From positions 3,568-67,567 of IMG/VR virus record IMGVR_UViG_3300031993_000068: a stretch of DNA of 64,000 nt. One strand, written 5' to 3'. The DNA is from a virus. Its lineage: Duplodnaviria > Caudoviricetes. Shown here piece after piece: positions 32,150 to 41,715 of this stretch. The position numbers and the translations under genes were made by a program. The notes under the pieces are model-generated. The model ran no database searches. It was given only the letters and a program-made list of their open reading frames with translations, and was not told the origin of the DNA. The first letter of the stretch is position 1, and every line of letters begins with the position of its first letter.

Positions 32150-34242
32150 TGACTGACGAGCAAATCAGACAAGTTTACGCATGGTGGCAGACCTTTCAAA
32201 AGGGTAGGCTCACGGAGATACGCATACTCGGCAAGTACACCCAAAGCGGATACTACAAGAATGTAGAGAACATCATCCGCGACCTGGGCCAGTGCGAACA
32301 CCAAGGAGGAGCCGTGTACTTCGTGTTCAACACCCCCAAGGATGCGGTCTATGGACGAAAGCAGTCCGAGAAGATGTCATCCGAGAACAAGATGGCCACC
32401 ACGCAGGACGGAGACATAGCCAAGCGCAACTTCGTACTCGTGGATCTTGACTGCGTAACCGGCGTGTCTGATGTCAACTCCACCGAAGAGGAAAAAGCCT
32501 TCGCCCTCGCCAAGTGCCGCGAGGTGTTCCGATACCTCCGCAAAGAGGGATTCAATGACGGCATAGTCGATGACTCTGCCAACGGCTACCACATCTTCAT
32601 ACCGTGCGACCTTGACAACACGGACGAGAACACGGAACTCGTCAAGCGGTTCTTGTACGCGCTTTCGATGATGTTCTCCGATGAACACGTCAAGGTGGAC
32701 ACATCGGTCTATAACGCATCGCGCATCGCCAAACTCCCTGGGACATTCTCGGCGAAGGGTAGCGAGTACAGTGCGGAGCGACCGCGAAGGATGTGCAGGG
32801 TCTTGTCCGTGCCGCCGGAGATAATACCCACGCACCGTTCATACTTTGAGCGCATCGCGGCGTTGTACCCCGAAGAGCAAGCACCATCGCGGTTCAACAA
32901 CTTCTCCACGCAACGCTTCGACCTTGACGATTTCATCCAACGCCACGGCATACAAGTTACGCGCAAGTTGGAGGTAGCGGACGGTACGCGGTACATCCTC
33001 GACCACTGCCTTTTCAATCCCAACCACAAGGGAAAGGATGCGGTCTTGTTCCAACACAAAAGTGGTGCGGTGGCGTACTTCTGCTACCACGCATCCTGCC
33101 AAGGGAATGATTGGCGCAAACTCCGCGAGACCCTTGAACCTGGGTGCTACGATAGGCGGTACGGCGCACAACCACAACTGCAACGCACTTGGAAACGCAA
33201 CGAGGTCAATCCCCAACCACCGCAACCAGAAACGCCCGACAAGGGGAAGAAATGGAAGCGGATGAGTGAAATCCCCAAGCCGGAGTTCGACCCATCGCAG
33301 TACATCCCCACGGGCATACCGCAGTTCGATGACCTCTTGATAGGATTCAAGCGCAAGCAAGTGTCCCTATGGTCGGGATACCGTGGTAGCGCAAAGTCCA
33401 CGATGATAAGCCAACTTATCCTCAACGGGGCGCAACTCGGCTACAAGTCTGCGGTCTGGACGGGGGAACTTTCCGATGGCGAGTTCAAGACATGGCTCTA
33501 CCTCCAAGCGGCGGGCAAGAACCACAACCGCAAGTCACAGTTCAATATGTTCTACTACACGCCGCAGGATGTGGCGAAGAGGATTGACCCGTGGCTTGAC
33601 CAATATGTCCTCCTATACAACAACGAGTATTCCGACCAATACGGACAACTCGAAGCTGACATCCGCGAGGTGGTGCGGACGGAACACATAGACCAGGTGT
33701 TCCTCGACAACCTCACCATCTTGGACATAGATGACTTGGACACGGACTTGTGGAAGGCGCAGAAAGCCTTTATGAAGCGCGTACATGACCTTGCGATAGA
33801 GCTGAACATCCACATCCATTGTATCGCGCATCCCAACAAGACGGGCGGTTTCCTGCGTATGAACTCCATATCGGGAAGCGGTCACTTGCCGGACATCGCG
33901 CAGAACGTGTTTATCATCCACCGCATCAACCAGGACTTCGACAAATTGAGCGCGGAGTTCCTTGGTAAGAACACCCGTCAAGAGATACTTGATTCCGCGT
34001 GTTCCAATGCCGTGGAGATATGCAAGTGCCGCGACAAGGGTGCTGCCACCGACCACTTCATAAAGTTGTACTTCGAGTTGGAAAGCAACCGCTTGAAGAA
34101 TGACATATCGGAGCAAGTGCATTACAACTGGCAAGACCCCGCCGACATCCCCCCCTGCGCCCGATCCCGAAACGGGAGGTTGGAACAGTGCCGAGGAGAT
34201 GCGGAAGTGGGCGGCACAAAACGAGGAGGATATGCCCGATGA
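32149..34242 (+). CDS. Fused primase (AEP-like) - SF4/DnaB-like helicase
   Basis: VLVDLD, DSANGYH, C-x-F-x3-H...CYHASC Zn motif; Walker A SGYRGSAKST; FLDNL; IHCIAHPNK. Confidence 0.85.
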   Translation: MTDEQIRQVYAWWQTFQKGRLTEIRILGKYTQSGYYKNVENIIRDLGQCEHQGGAVYFVFNTPKDAVYGRKQSEKMSSENKMATTQDGDIAKRNFVLVDLDCVTGVSDVNSTEEEKAFALAKCREVFRYLRKEGFNDGIVDDSANGYHIFIPCDLDNTDENTELVKRFLYALSMMFSDEHVKVDTSVYNASRIAKLPGTFSAKGSEYSAERPRRMCRVLSVPPEIIPTHRSYFERIAALYPEEQAPSRFNNFSTQRFDLDDFIQRHGIQVTRKLEVADGTRYILDHCLFNPNHKGKDAVLFQHKSGAVAYFCYHASCQGNDWRKLRETLEPGCYDRRYGAQPQLQRTWKRNEVNPQPPQPETPDKGKKWKRMSEIPKPEFDPSQYIPTGIPQFDDLLIGFKRKQVSLWSGYRGSAKSTMISQLILNGAQLGYKSAVWTGELSDGEFKTWLYLQAAGKNHNRKSQFNMFYYTPQDVAKRIDPWLDQYVLLYNNEYSDQYGQLEADIREVVRTEHIDQVFLDNLTILDIDDLDTDLWKAQKAFMKRVHDLAIELNIHIHCIAHPNKTGGFLRMNSISGSGHLPDIAQNVFIIHRINQDFDKLSAEFLGKNTRQEILDSACSNAVEICKCRDKGAATDHFIKLYFELESNRLKNDISEQVHYNWQDPADIPPCARSRNGRLEQCRGDAEVGGTKRGGYAR

Positions 34243-34685
34243 CATCTTCTGACTTTGCACGGCTGATGGAGCAAGTACGCGCCCTCACGCCACAAGAGAA
34301 GGTCGCGTTGTGCGATGCCCTCGGAACGCCCGTCACGCAACTCATGGCCGAGAAGAAACGCGAACACGCCGAGGAGTACATCGGCAAGATGAACGCGATT
34401 GTCGGCGAGGATGTGCGGTCGCACGGTCGGAAATCGGCATTGGTCAATGCGAGGGCGATACTCGCGTATACGCTCCGAAAGGAGGGGTACACCTACCAAG
34501 ACATCGGTGGGTATCTCGGAGGGCGCAACCACGCCACCGTTATCAACATCTGCGGTCTTATGCAAGACGCGCTGACACTTCCACGGCAATATGCCGACAT
34601 CATGCACCTTTATAACAAGTTCAATCAGGCAATCAATGACGGACAAGGACATGGCCCTAATCAAGAGGGCGAGGCGGGAACTTAA
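34239..34685 (+). CDS. DnaA C-terminal-like HTH protein
   Basis: LVNARAILAY..R..GYTYQDIGGYLGGRNHATVI. Confidence 0.75.
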   Translation: MTSSDFARLMEQVRALTPQEKVALCDALGTPVTQLMAEKKREHAEEYIGKMNAIVGEDVRSHGRKSALVNARAILAYTLRKEGYTYQDIGGYLGGRNHATVINICGLMQDALTLPRQYADIMHLYNKFNQAINDGQGHGPNQEGEAGT

Positions 34686-34812
34686 CACCGCTAACTATTG
34701 GGACGGGGATGCGCTGAAGGCCCAATGCGACAGCGATGAGGCGAGAGGGATTATTGACGGAATAATGAGGCGGCTCTACCATCTGGAGGAGGCGCAAAAC
34801 GGAATGGAATAG
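34636..34812 (+). CDS. Hypothetical protein
   Basis: 58 aa; ends 1 nt before the RuvC-like gene. Confidence 0.45.
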   Translation: MTDKDMALIKRARRELNTANYWDGDALKAQCDSDEARGIIDGIMRRLYHLEEAQNGME

Positions 34813-34813
34813 T

Positions 34814-35293
34814 ATGGAGAAAGAACTTACAACTGTAATCGCGGGCATCGACCCTGGGGCGGCAGGAGGAATCGCGGTAATCCGCAACGGAAGGCTCACC
34901 ACTTACAAGATGCCGTCCACATATCCCGACATATACGCCACACTACGGAGCATCAACGAGGCCAACTCGCCGTGCCGTTTGGTGGCGGTAGTAGAGCGCG
35001 TGGGACAAGGACTTCCGGGGCAGTCAAGCAAGGCCACGGCGACATTCGCACGGCACTGCGGACACCTTGAGATGGCTCTATACGCGCTCGGCATACAAAC
35101 CGAGGAGGTGACACCGCAGAAATGGCAGAAGGCGTACTCCAACCAAGTCGGCAAGTCCACGGGACTGACAAAGACCGAGTGGAAGAATCGGCTCAAGGGA
35201 CTCGCGCAGAGGCTCTATCCAAGCGAGAAAGTGACATTGAACACCTCAGATGCGATACTACTCGCGCACTACGGGAAAAGCATTGGGTTATGA
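34814..35293 (+). CDS. RuvC-like Holliday junction resolvase
   Basis: IAGIDPGAAGGIA, VAVVERV, VTPQKWQK, DAILLAHY. Confidence 0.85.
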   Translation: MEKELTTVIAGIDPGAAGGIAVIRNGRLTTYKMPSTYPDIYATLRSINEANSPCRLVAVVERVGQGLPGQSSKATATFARHCGHLEMALYALGIQTEEVTPQKWQKAYSNQVGKSTGLTKTEWKNRLKGLAQRLYPSEKVTLNTSDAILLAHYGKSIGL

Positions 35294-35520
35294 AAACACT
35301 TGGGATAATCGTACTTGTGGCAATCGCCTTTGCGGTAATGGTGGTTGGTGCGTTGCTTGGCGTACTCGGATATATCAACGAGGAGCGCAAGAACACTTGC
35401 GGGAAATGCGACTTCTGCGACCACGATCTCGACCATTGTTGGATGCGAGGAATCACCGTGGGACGGGAAGATAAGGCTTGTGTAACTTTTAGGAAGAGGG
35501 AATATGAAACGGAGAAATAG
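35290..35520 (+). CDS. Membrane-anchored Zn-finger protein
   Basis: N-terminal TM; CGKCDFC...HC...C. Confidence 0.55.
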   Translation: MKTLGIIVLVAIAFAVMVVGALLGVLGYINEERKNTCGKCDFCDHDLDHCWMRGITVGREDKACVTFRKREYETEK

Positions 35521-35632
35521 TTACTACTTGTTTTTGGAGACAGTACGCACGATAGTGTGCGTTGTCCTCGCCGCCTTCTTGATTTGGTGGTTGTACCAGC
35601 TGTTGCCGATGCTTATAACCTTTGATTAACCT

Positions 35633-36022
35633 ATGACACGCGCAGAAGAATTGGCGAAAGAGTTATTCCCCGACCCAAAGTTGGAGGATTACGATGATAT
35701 ACTTGTTTATCGTGCCGATAGGGATAGCGCAAGTATGGGAAGAATAAAAGGTATCCGCATATACGAGCAAGCCGAGAAGGACTTGGGTTGGCATCCAGCC
35801 TCCGAGCATCCTCCCGTGGATGAGGAGGTGATTGTGCTGACCGAGGTTATCTATGATGGACAGAAGGTAGGGGCAAATTGGATTAGTTTCGGACATATAG
35901 TCAACACGGATACAACGGTGGAAATCCAAGGGAAACCATATAAAGTTGAATCATACAACGGCTGGAACATCCCCGGAGTTTGTTGGTGGATGCCTATGCC
36001 AAAAATACCGAATGAGAAGTGA
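35633..36022 (+). CDS. Hypothetical protein (DUF551-like C-terminus)
   Basis: WHPASEHPP.DEEV.VL ... WWMPMP. Confidence 0.6.
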   Translation: MTRAEELAKELFPDPKLEDYDDILVYRADRDSASMGRIKGIRIYEQAEKDLGWHPASEHPPVDEEVIVLTEVIYDGQKVGANWISFGHIVNTDTTVEIQGKPYKVESYNGWNIPGVCWWMPMPKIPNEK

Positions 36023-36240
36023 AAAAGAAGTACTACCTACACATATCGTATCAAGGCCAACAAGAAGATGGGAATATCGCACTTGGTGATGGATTGTATA
36101 CAATCTTCGATGGCTCTGGAGACCTGTACAGTATGCGTAAGGCTATGAAAGAGCAACTTAAATGTAAGAGCCTTCCACACATCACAAGTATTACTGTACT
36201 ACCTAAAAAGGTGTTCAAAATATTAGGAGGACAGATATGA
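36019..36240 (+). CDS. Hypothetical protein
   Basis: 73 aa, operon-packed. Confidence 0.5.
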   Translation: MKKKYYLHISYQGQQEDGNIALGDGLYTIFDGSGDLYSMRKAMKEQLKCKSLPHITSITVLPKKVFKILGGQI

Positions 36241-36360
36241 GTAAGGACTACCGATGCAAGGACTGCCAATGGTGGAAGGAGTACGGGATGTGGTGTACCT
36301 ACACCTATAAGCACGCAGGAGACCTTGCCAAGAAATGCAAACACTTTAAGTTGAAGAAAG

Positions 36361-36702
36361 ATGACACACGAAGAATGGTTAGCCTTTGAGCAGACCTTGC
36401 TTGACCGAGGATATAAGAAATGGACTCGCGCCAAATACGGTGAGGAGGACTTTGATATATCCCGTATGGTAAGGAATGGTGATGAAGATATGTACCAACT
36501 TATCTTCCGATTCTGGGACTTTGAACAGTTCAAGGAAGGAGCAGGATACTCCGTGGATTTCGTTGTTATGCCTTGCATAGACGGAAGGATGGATGCTATA
36601 TGCTCAAGTATGGGTAACGGCCTATCCAAGAACATCGAGTTTGCGGAGAAGTTCGCAAGGAGCTATTATTGGTTTGTTCAAGATGAATTAAAGTTTAAGT
36701 AA
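36361..36702 (+). CDS. Hypothetical protein
   Basis: 113 aa. Confidence 0.6.
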   Translation: MTHEEWLAFEQTLLDRGYKKWTRAKYGEEDFDISRMVRNGDEDMYQLIFRFWDFEQFKEGAGYSVDFVVMPCIDGRMDAICSSMGNGLSKNIEFAEKFARSYYWFVQDELKFK

Positions 36703-36703
36703 T

Positions 36704-37027
36704 ATGGACTACGAGAAGATATATCATCTGTGCTTTAAGGAGAGCTTAGTTCCCGGTTCATATCAGACGCATAACCAGACGTTTCAGAAGGTTGGCGCGA
36801 ATGTCTCGTTAGAATGGAGACGAGGCCCAATCTTCAAGGAGGATGCTTACTTGGTGTTCTGGTGGGAAGATGGAAAGACTTACTTCTCCCGTATCAACCC
36901 TATCAGGCATGGACTTGATTGGCAGTTCTTCAAGGACGGGCATGAGATGGTGGAGTGTAGGGATTGGGAAGAACTGACCGAGAAGCTAAAAATGTTTAAC
37001 GAAAAAGGATATTGTTATTATGATTGA
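36704..37027 (+). CDS. Hypothetical protein
   Basis: 107 aa. Confidence 0.6.
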   Translation: MDYEKIYHLCFKESLVPGSYQTHNQTFQKVGANVSLEWRRGPIFKEDAYLVFWWEDGKTYFSRINPIRHGLDWQFFKDGHEMVECRDWEELTEKLKMFNEKGYCYYD

Positions 37028-37400
37028 GAAAAACACACTAATGCTTAATGACATCGTTTGTGATGGTGATGGGCACACGGGTAGAATCATAGCACTCTCC
37101 GAGGATGAGTTTCTTGTACGCGCTGATGGTGACGAGTGGAACGGGGATGGTACAAGACCTATGCTTCTTACTAATGAATGGATTGTGAACAGTAAGGTTC
37201 ACGATATATGCTACAAGCGCAATATCGTTATTGATTTCTCACGGAAGCGCAAACTCAAGATTTCGATAATGATAGACAAGCCTAACCTAACTGGAGAAAA
37301 GTCTGTGCTTATCTCATACTTTTACCCTATGCCCCAATATGTCCACGAACTTCAGCACGCACTGAAACTCTGTGGAATTAACCTTGAAATCAAATTGTAG
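37020..37400 (+). CDS. Hypothetical phage protein
   Basis: C-terminal YVHELQHALKLCGI motif. Confidence 0.65.
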   Translation: MIEKNTLMLNDIVCDGDGHTGRIIALSEDEFLVRADGDEWNGDGTRPMLLTNEWIVNSKVHDICYKRNIVIDFSRKRKLKISIMIDKPNLTGEKSVLISYFYPMPQYVHELQHALKLCGINLEIKL

Positions 37401-37401
37401 T

Positions 37402-37623
37402 ATGACAAAAGAAGACTATATGAAACTCCCGAAGGAGAGACTTGCTGAAGAATTAGCAAGAAGAGATTTAATATCATCTCCATTGTCTTTTGTCCCTCTT
37501 ACACTGAATCAACTCAGCTGTTTTGAAGACTTTAGTAAGTGTACTAATCCCCATCACGATTGTATTAACTGTCCTCACAGATATAGTACAGGAGGAACAA
37601 GAACAACACCTAATTCAATGTAA
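37402..37623 (+). CDS. Hypothetical Cys-containing protein
   Basis: CTNPHHDCINCP. Confidence 0.55.
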   Translation: MTKEDYMKLPKERLAEELARRDLISSPLSFVPLTLNQLSCFEDFSKCTNPHHDCINCPHRYSTGGTRTTPNSM

Positions 37624-37761
37624 ATATGAGCAAGAGAGCAGAACAGAGAGCATTGGAAGCATATCCACAATCAATAGATTACTATCCCAAAATTCCATTA
37701 TCAACTGTTCCAGCGATGAGATTTGGAAGTGAACCATTATGCACCGTAAAAGTTGTTGAAG

Positions 37762-38199
37762 ATGGAAAAGACTGATTGCTACTACTACAATAACCTCACG
37801 GGGTGTTGCAAGAAAGGGCTCCCCGAAACGCGATGCGAGATTGAAGGGTGCGTATGTTATACCAAGACCAATCCACTATATCAGCAGTGCCTCTCCGAAG
37901 TTGACCCCGAAGTGAGGGCAGAGGTAAGAGCAATAATGGAAAAAGTAAACCCTCAAATACCACTTACTGTTCTCAAATGCGCCAATTGCGGAAAGTTTAT
38001 ATCTACCGAAGAAATGCTAACATGGTGTTCGTCTTGCGGTTCACACAAGTTTCTGGAGATACACCCACGGAGTATAGTACAAGACTTTTTTCAATCCGCC
38101 CAGCACCTCGCCGAGCGCGTTGACCAGTACCTCGTCCAGGGGTGCAAGAGATCCGAACTCAAGGCCGCGAACGACGCATTAAAGAAACTACTGAAATGA
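37762..38199 (+). CDS. Zn-ribbon hypothetical protein
   Basis: CANCG...CSSCG. Confidence 0.55.
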   Translation: MEKTDCYYYNNLTGCCKKGLPETRCEIEGCVCYTKTNPLYQQCLSEVDPEVRAEVRAIMEKVNPQIPLTVLKCANCGKFISTEEMLTWCSSCGSHKFLEIHPRSIVQDFFQSAQHLAERVDQYLVQGCKRSELKAANDALKKLLK

Positions 38200-38399
38200 A
38201 AAAGTACGCATTGATTTTTAAGTGTCCGACATGTGGGAAGGTCGTGCAAGCAATCGCCTTCAACAAGATGGCAGAGTCGGACTTCGCTTCCGAGGTGTCC
38301 AGCGACATAGCGGATTGTCTGGAACATCGGCTCATTCCCGAAATCATCCCCAACCCCGAAAGGAACTTCGAGTGGTGCGACTGTCAACCAAGCCTATGA
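38196..38399 (+). CDS. Zn-ribbon hypothetical protein
   Basis: CPTCGK; ATGA coupling. Confidence 0.5.
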   Translation: MKKYALIFKCPTCGKVVQAIAFNKMAESDFASEVSSDIADCLEHRLIPEIIPNPERNFEWCDCQPSL

Positions 38400-38779
38400 A
38401 CGCGATCCTTATCCACCCCGACTATTGGCGCAACTCCCAACTCTCTCTCGCACGATACTACGGAATGATTCGCATTGATGGCAAGGTGTACTTCCACGAC
38501 AAACGCTCCGATTATCTCGTCCGCGATGACTTTACCAAGTATATCTCCGACATCGGTATGCCAACTGTCATAAAGGCCGTCAAACGCTACGCAGACGAAC
38601 GCAAAGCAAAGAAGATACTCAACCGCTTGGCTCGTATCATTAAGGCCCGTAGAAAGGTAGAAAAACGGCAAATACAAGCGGAAGCAGAAACCCTTTTTGC
38701 TCAAGTGGAAGAATATGCTTCAAAAGCATCCGACACGGTACAGAGATTCGTTGATTCAGGATATACTACTACAAGATAA
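38396..38779 (+). CDS. Hypothetical protein
   Basis: 127 aa from ATG 38396. Confidence 0.6.
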   Translation: MNAILIHPDYWRNSQLSLARYYGMIRIDGKVYFHDKRSDYLVRDDFTKYISDIGMPTVIKAVKRYADERKAKKILNRLARIIKARRKVEKRQIQAEAETLFAQVEEYASKASDTVQRFVDSGYTTTR

Positions 38780-38796
38780 CCAAACATTGTTTTGAT

Positions 38797-39294
38797 ATGA
38801 AAAAGTACATCATCATCGCGCTTCTCGCCCTTGCAATCGGGGCAGTTTTCTTTGCGTATCACAAAGGGCGCGTAAAAGGGCGTAGCGAGGCCGTAGAGAC
38901 GATTATAACGCAGATTGATACATTGACCCTTACGGACACTATAAAGGTCGTAGAGCCGAAGTATATATCCGTCAGGACGGTGGACACGATAAGAGTCCCC
39001 GTGGCAGTCCCAGGCAAGACCGACACGCTATGGGCAGAGTTGCCACGAGAGCAGAAGGTGTACCAAGATTCAACCTATCGCGCCGTCATTTCGGGAGTGA
39101 TGCCGAGCCTTGACACGATGGATGTGTACCGCAAGACAACCACCATCACCGTGAATAACATCGTCAGGGAATACACCAATCCAAGATGGTCGGTGGGAAT
39201 CCAGGCGGGGTATGGAGTATCGAAAGCAGGGTTGTCGCCCTATGTGGGAGTGGGTGTTCAGTATAACTTGATAAACATTAAAGGGAGGCCTTAA
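38797..39294 (+). CDS. Membrane-anchored protein, spanin-like candidate
   Basis: N-terminal TM, Thr/Val-rich DT repeats, C-terminal WSVGIQAGYG..PYVGVGVQYNL. Confidence 0.6.
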   Translation: MKKYIIIALLALAIGAVFFAYHKGRVKGRSEAVETIITQIDTLTLTDTIKVVEPKYISVRTVDTIRVPVAVPGKTDTLWAELPREQKVYQDSTYRAVISGVMPSLDTMDVYRKTTTITVNNIVREYTNPRWSVGIQAGYGVSKAGLSPYVGVGVQYNLINIKGRP

Positions 39295-39310
39295 CGGTCT
39301 CCCTTTTTTT
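39280..39310. terminator. Bidirectional terminator between middle and late units
   Basis: AAAGGGAGGCC/GGTCTCCCTTT plus T-run. Confidence 0.75.
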
Positions 39311-39670
39311 ATGCCGCGCCATTGAGGTATCCCCAGATTTTCGCGTCACCATACGGGTTGTCGGGGTCGTCAAGCCAATTAACGGCCATATCCGTGACCT
39401 TCGACGCGAACTCGGCATCGTCCATATCGGGAAACCAATCGTGAAGCAAGCACCAATTATCCGACGCAATCATATTCATCGTGACATAGAAGTCCCACTC
39501 GTTGTACGGATGAATCCTATTACGCACGGAGTCGTAAATCTCGTGGACTGCCGTTTCCGTCCAATAAGGCGCGCGATGCTCCTCCGCCCCCATTTCCAGT
39601 TGACGATCCATCCGAGGCCTCCGCCTCCGAGTGCGGATACAATGTATCCGATGATTCCTTCCAGTACCAT
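39309..39670 (-). pseudogene. Out-of-frame chimera: holin-like 5' fragment + 3' part of a conserved phage gene
   Basis: MVLEGIIGYIVSALGGGGLGWIVNWKW in one frame; EEHRAPYWT...YNEWDFYVTMNMIASDN in another; junction ~39585-39600. Confidence 0.45.
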
Positions 39671-39777
39671 GTCTTGTCTCTTTTTTAATGGGCCCCGGTA
39701 TGGCTCCGAGGCCCGGGTGAAAAAACACTAAAACTATTCGTCATGAAATCGCGCCTCACGGCGGTAGCGTCAGTGCA

Positions 39778-40167
39778 TTATGTTTTCTTGCGGATATACA
39801 TCGGGCAGTATTCTCCGCTCCTTATGGTGCAGATATTCTGGCCGCGATAGGCGCACGTCTCAGAGGCACAGCTATCTTCCAGGAGCCCTTCGTTTTCGCG
39901 GAACTCGCGCCTCATCTTCTCTACTGGCGTCTCCACTTTCTTCCTGCTCGGGTCAACCTTGAAATGCCAGTAGAGCGGCGCGAGGAAGTACGCGAAGCCC
40001 TCGAGGATGACCGTGACAATCAGCCACATGAAGACCCACTTGGCGACCTCGGCGAAAAGGTTTCCTTCGATGACCTTGCCACAACAGAGGCCGATGATGA
40101 GCATGATGACGGCTGCGATGATTGCCGTCCAAAGCGCGACACGCTTGCAAAATGTTTTCTTGTCCAT
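39778..40167 (-). CDS. Two-TM membrane protein (paralog of 3711-3959)
   Basis: MDKKTFCKRVALWTAIIAAV...GKVIEGNLFAEVAKW. Confidence 0.7.
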   Translation of the reverse strand: MDKKTFCKRVALWTAIIAAVIMLIIGLCCGKVIEGNLFAEVAKWVFMWLIVTVILEGFAYFLAPLYWHFKVDPSRKKVETPVEKMRREFRENEGLLEDSCASETCAYRGQNICTIRSGEYCPMYIRKKT

Positions 40168-40228
40168 GATATTGTGTGTTTTTTGAATGGAGGGCAAGTA
40201 TGGTTCTTGCGAGGCCCCTGCCCTCCGG

Positions 40229-40681
40229 TCATTCCCACGGCTTAATTCCGACATTTATCGTAATCCACCGCCCTTCTATCTGCTCGGTGTACGGCCCCCA
40301 ATAGGTGTAGGTGTCGTTGTTGATCCGAAGCGTGAAATTGTCCCCGGCCTGCACGATGAAAGCGGATTCGGTCAGTTCCTCCTGCCCCCACAAGGGATAG
40401 GAGATAGCCGTTTCAAGCACCCCATCCTTGTAGGCGTAGGGTGCGGAATAGAACTCGCTCCAGCGTTGCAACTCCCCGTCGTATGTGCCATAGAAAAGGC
40501 TTGCTACGCCATCCTTGAAGGAGATGTATCGGTTGTACTCGTCTTGGGTTTGATGCTCCCAGATGGTGCTTTCCAGCGGCTCTGCTGACCTTGTGGAAAG
40601 GAACTCCGAAAGGCTCTTGTCAATCGGATTGGACTGCTGGCAAGCGGCCAGCAAAAGGAGAAGGGGTAAGAGGCGTTTCAT
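40229..40681 (-). CDS. Lipoprotein
   Basis: MKRLLPLLLLLAAC lipobox. Confidence 0.75.
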   Translation of the reverse strand: MKRLLPLLLLLAACQQSNPIDKSLSEFLSTRSAEPLESTIWEHQTQDEYNRYISFKDGVASLFYGTYDGELQRWSEFYSAPYAYKDGVLETAISYPLWGQEELTESAFIVQAGDNFTLRINNDTYTYWGPYTEQIEGRWITINVGIKPWE

Positions 40682-40695
40682 AATGCTATGCAATT

Positions 40696-41328
40696 TTAAA
40701 TGTCGTTTCCAGGGGTTAAATTTGCATTCGCACCAGGAAGGAGTTGTCGGCTCTTTCGGTCGTACAGGTAGCCGATTTGCCCGACCCTGGCGGAAACCGC
40801 GTCGAACACTTCGGTTCCGGTAACATTGTTGATGATCTTGAAAGAACGGCACCTCACACCGGCGGGACAAGTTCCCAACTGGGGCGCGTAACGAGCGAAA
40901 AGGTAGCAGGGGACGTTCAAAAACACGGCGTCTTGTACATCGTTGTACAGGACATCGTTATCGACCTTGAACAAACCCCTTGCAGAGATTTCGTATGTAT
41001 GCCAATTCGTATCAAACGGCTGGGCCGGGGCAACATTCTTTTCCGCGCTCGTAGTACCGAAGTAATACCTGTTGCTGTACAACGCAACCATCAACGCCTT
41101 GTTCAGCACATTATATGGCCATGCACCGAACAGACAGATATTGTTCACATAACCGGCCGATAACTGGATTTCGGCGATAATTGTATGGTCTCCGAGGTTT
41201 ATCCCGGTATCAACATACGTCCCCGCGCAATCAACATAATCCACCAGCGCGTCATAGGGCGCAGGAGGGACGAATGGCTCTCCGCAGGATAAGGCCATCA
41301 GCCTTCTTCGTATTTCAACTGCTCCCAT
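40696..41328 (-). CDS. Lectin/ConA-like tail-associated protein
   Basis: VDYV....TYVDTG, WHTYEI, ARVGQIGYLYD. Confidence 0.6.
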   Translation of the reverse strand: MGAVEIRRRLMALSCGEPFVPPAPYDALVDYVDCAGTYVDTGINLGDHTIIAEIQLSAGYVNNICLFGAWPYNVLNKALMVALYSNRYYFGTTSAEKNVAPAQPFDTNWHTYEISARGLFKVDNDVLYNDVQDAVFLNVPCYLFARYAPQLGTCPAGVRCRSFKIINNVTGTEVFDAVSARVGQIGYLYDRKSRQLLPGANANLTPGNDI

Positions 41329-41329
41329 G

Positions 41330-41704
41330 CTACCACTCGAAGATAAGTCCATGACCGTCCTTGACGGAAACTTCGTAGGTCCTGTTCGCAGACAGTTCTG
41401 GCGAACCTTGCTGGTCAATGCAGTTTCCGGCCCACATGGTAACACCTACTGGCCATGTGGGGATAGGAGGGGTTGCGCCGGTCGAGAAAGACCAAGTGTA
41501 ATAGTTCGTCTTGCCAGAGACCGCCGCAGCGAGGGTGAACGAGATACTCCCGGTCAACTCTCCGAGGTCGTACACCTCATCGGGGAGCATCCCCCCGCTG
41601 GGGAGGGATGAACCCGAAGAGTTGAGCCCCATGACAAGGGATTTGTCCGTAATTGGGTAGAGGGCGTTACTCTCTTCGTCGCGTATTTGAATCGTATTAG
41701 GCAT
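41330..41704 (-). CDS. Tail fibre adaptor/assembly-like protein
   Basis: IQIRDEESNALYPIT, WPVGVTMW, NRTYEVSV. Confidence 0.55.
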   Translation of the reverse strand: MPNTIQIRDEESNALYPITDKSLVMGLNSSGSSLPSGGMLPDEVYDLGELTGSISFTLAAAVSGKTNYYTWSFSTGATPPIPTWPVGVTMWAGNCIDQQGSPELSANRTYEVSVKDGHGLIFEW

Positions 41705-41715
41705 AGTTTCTTGTT

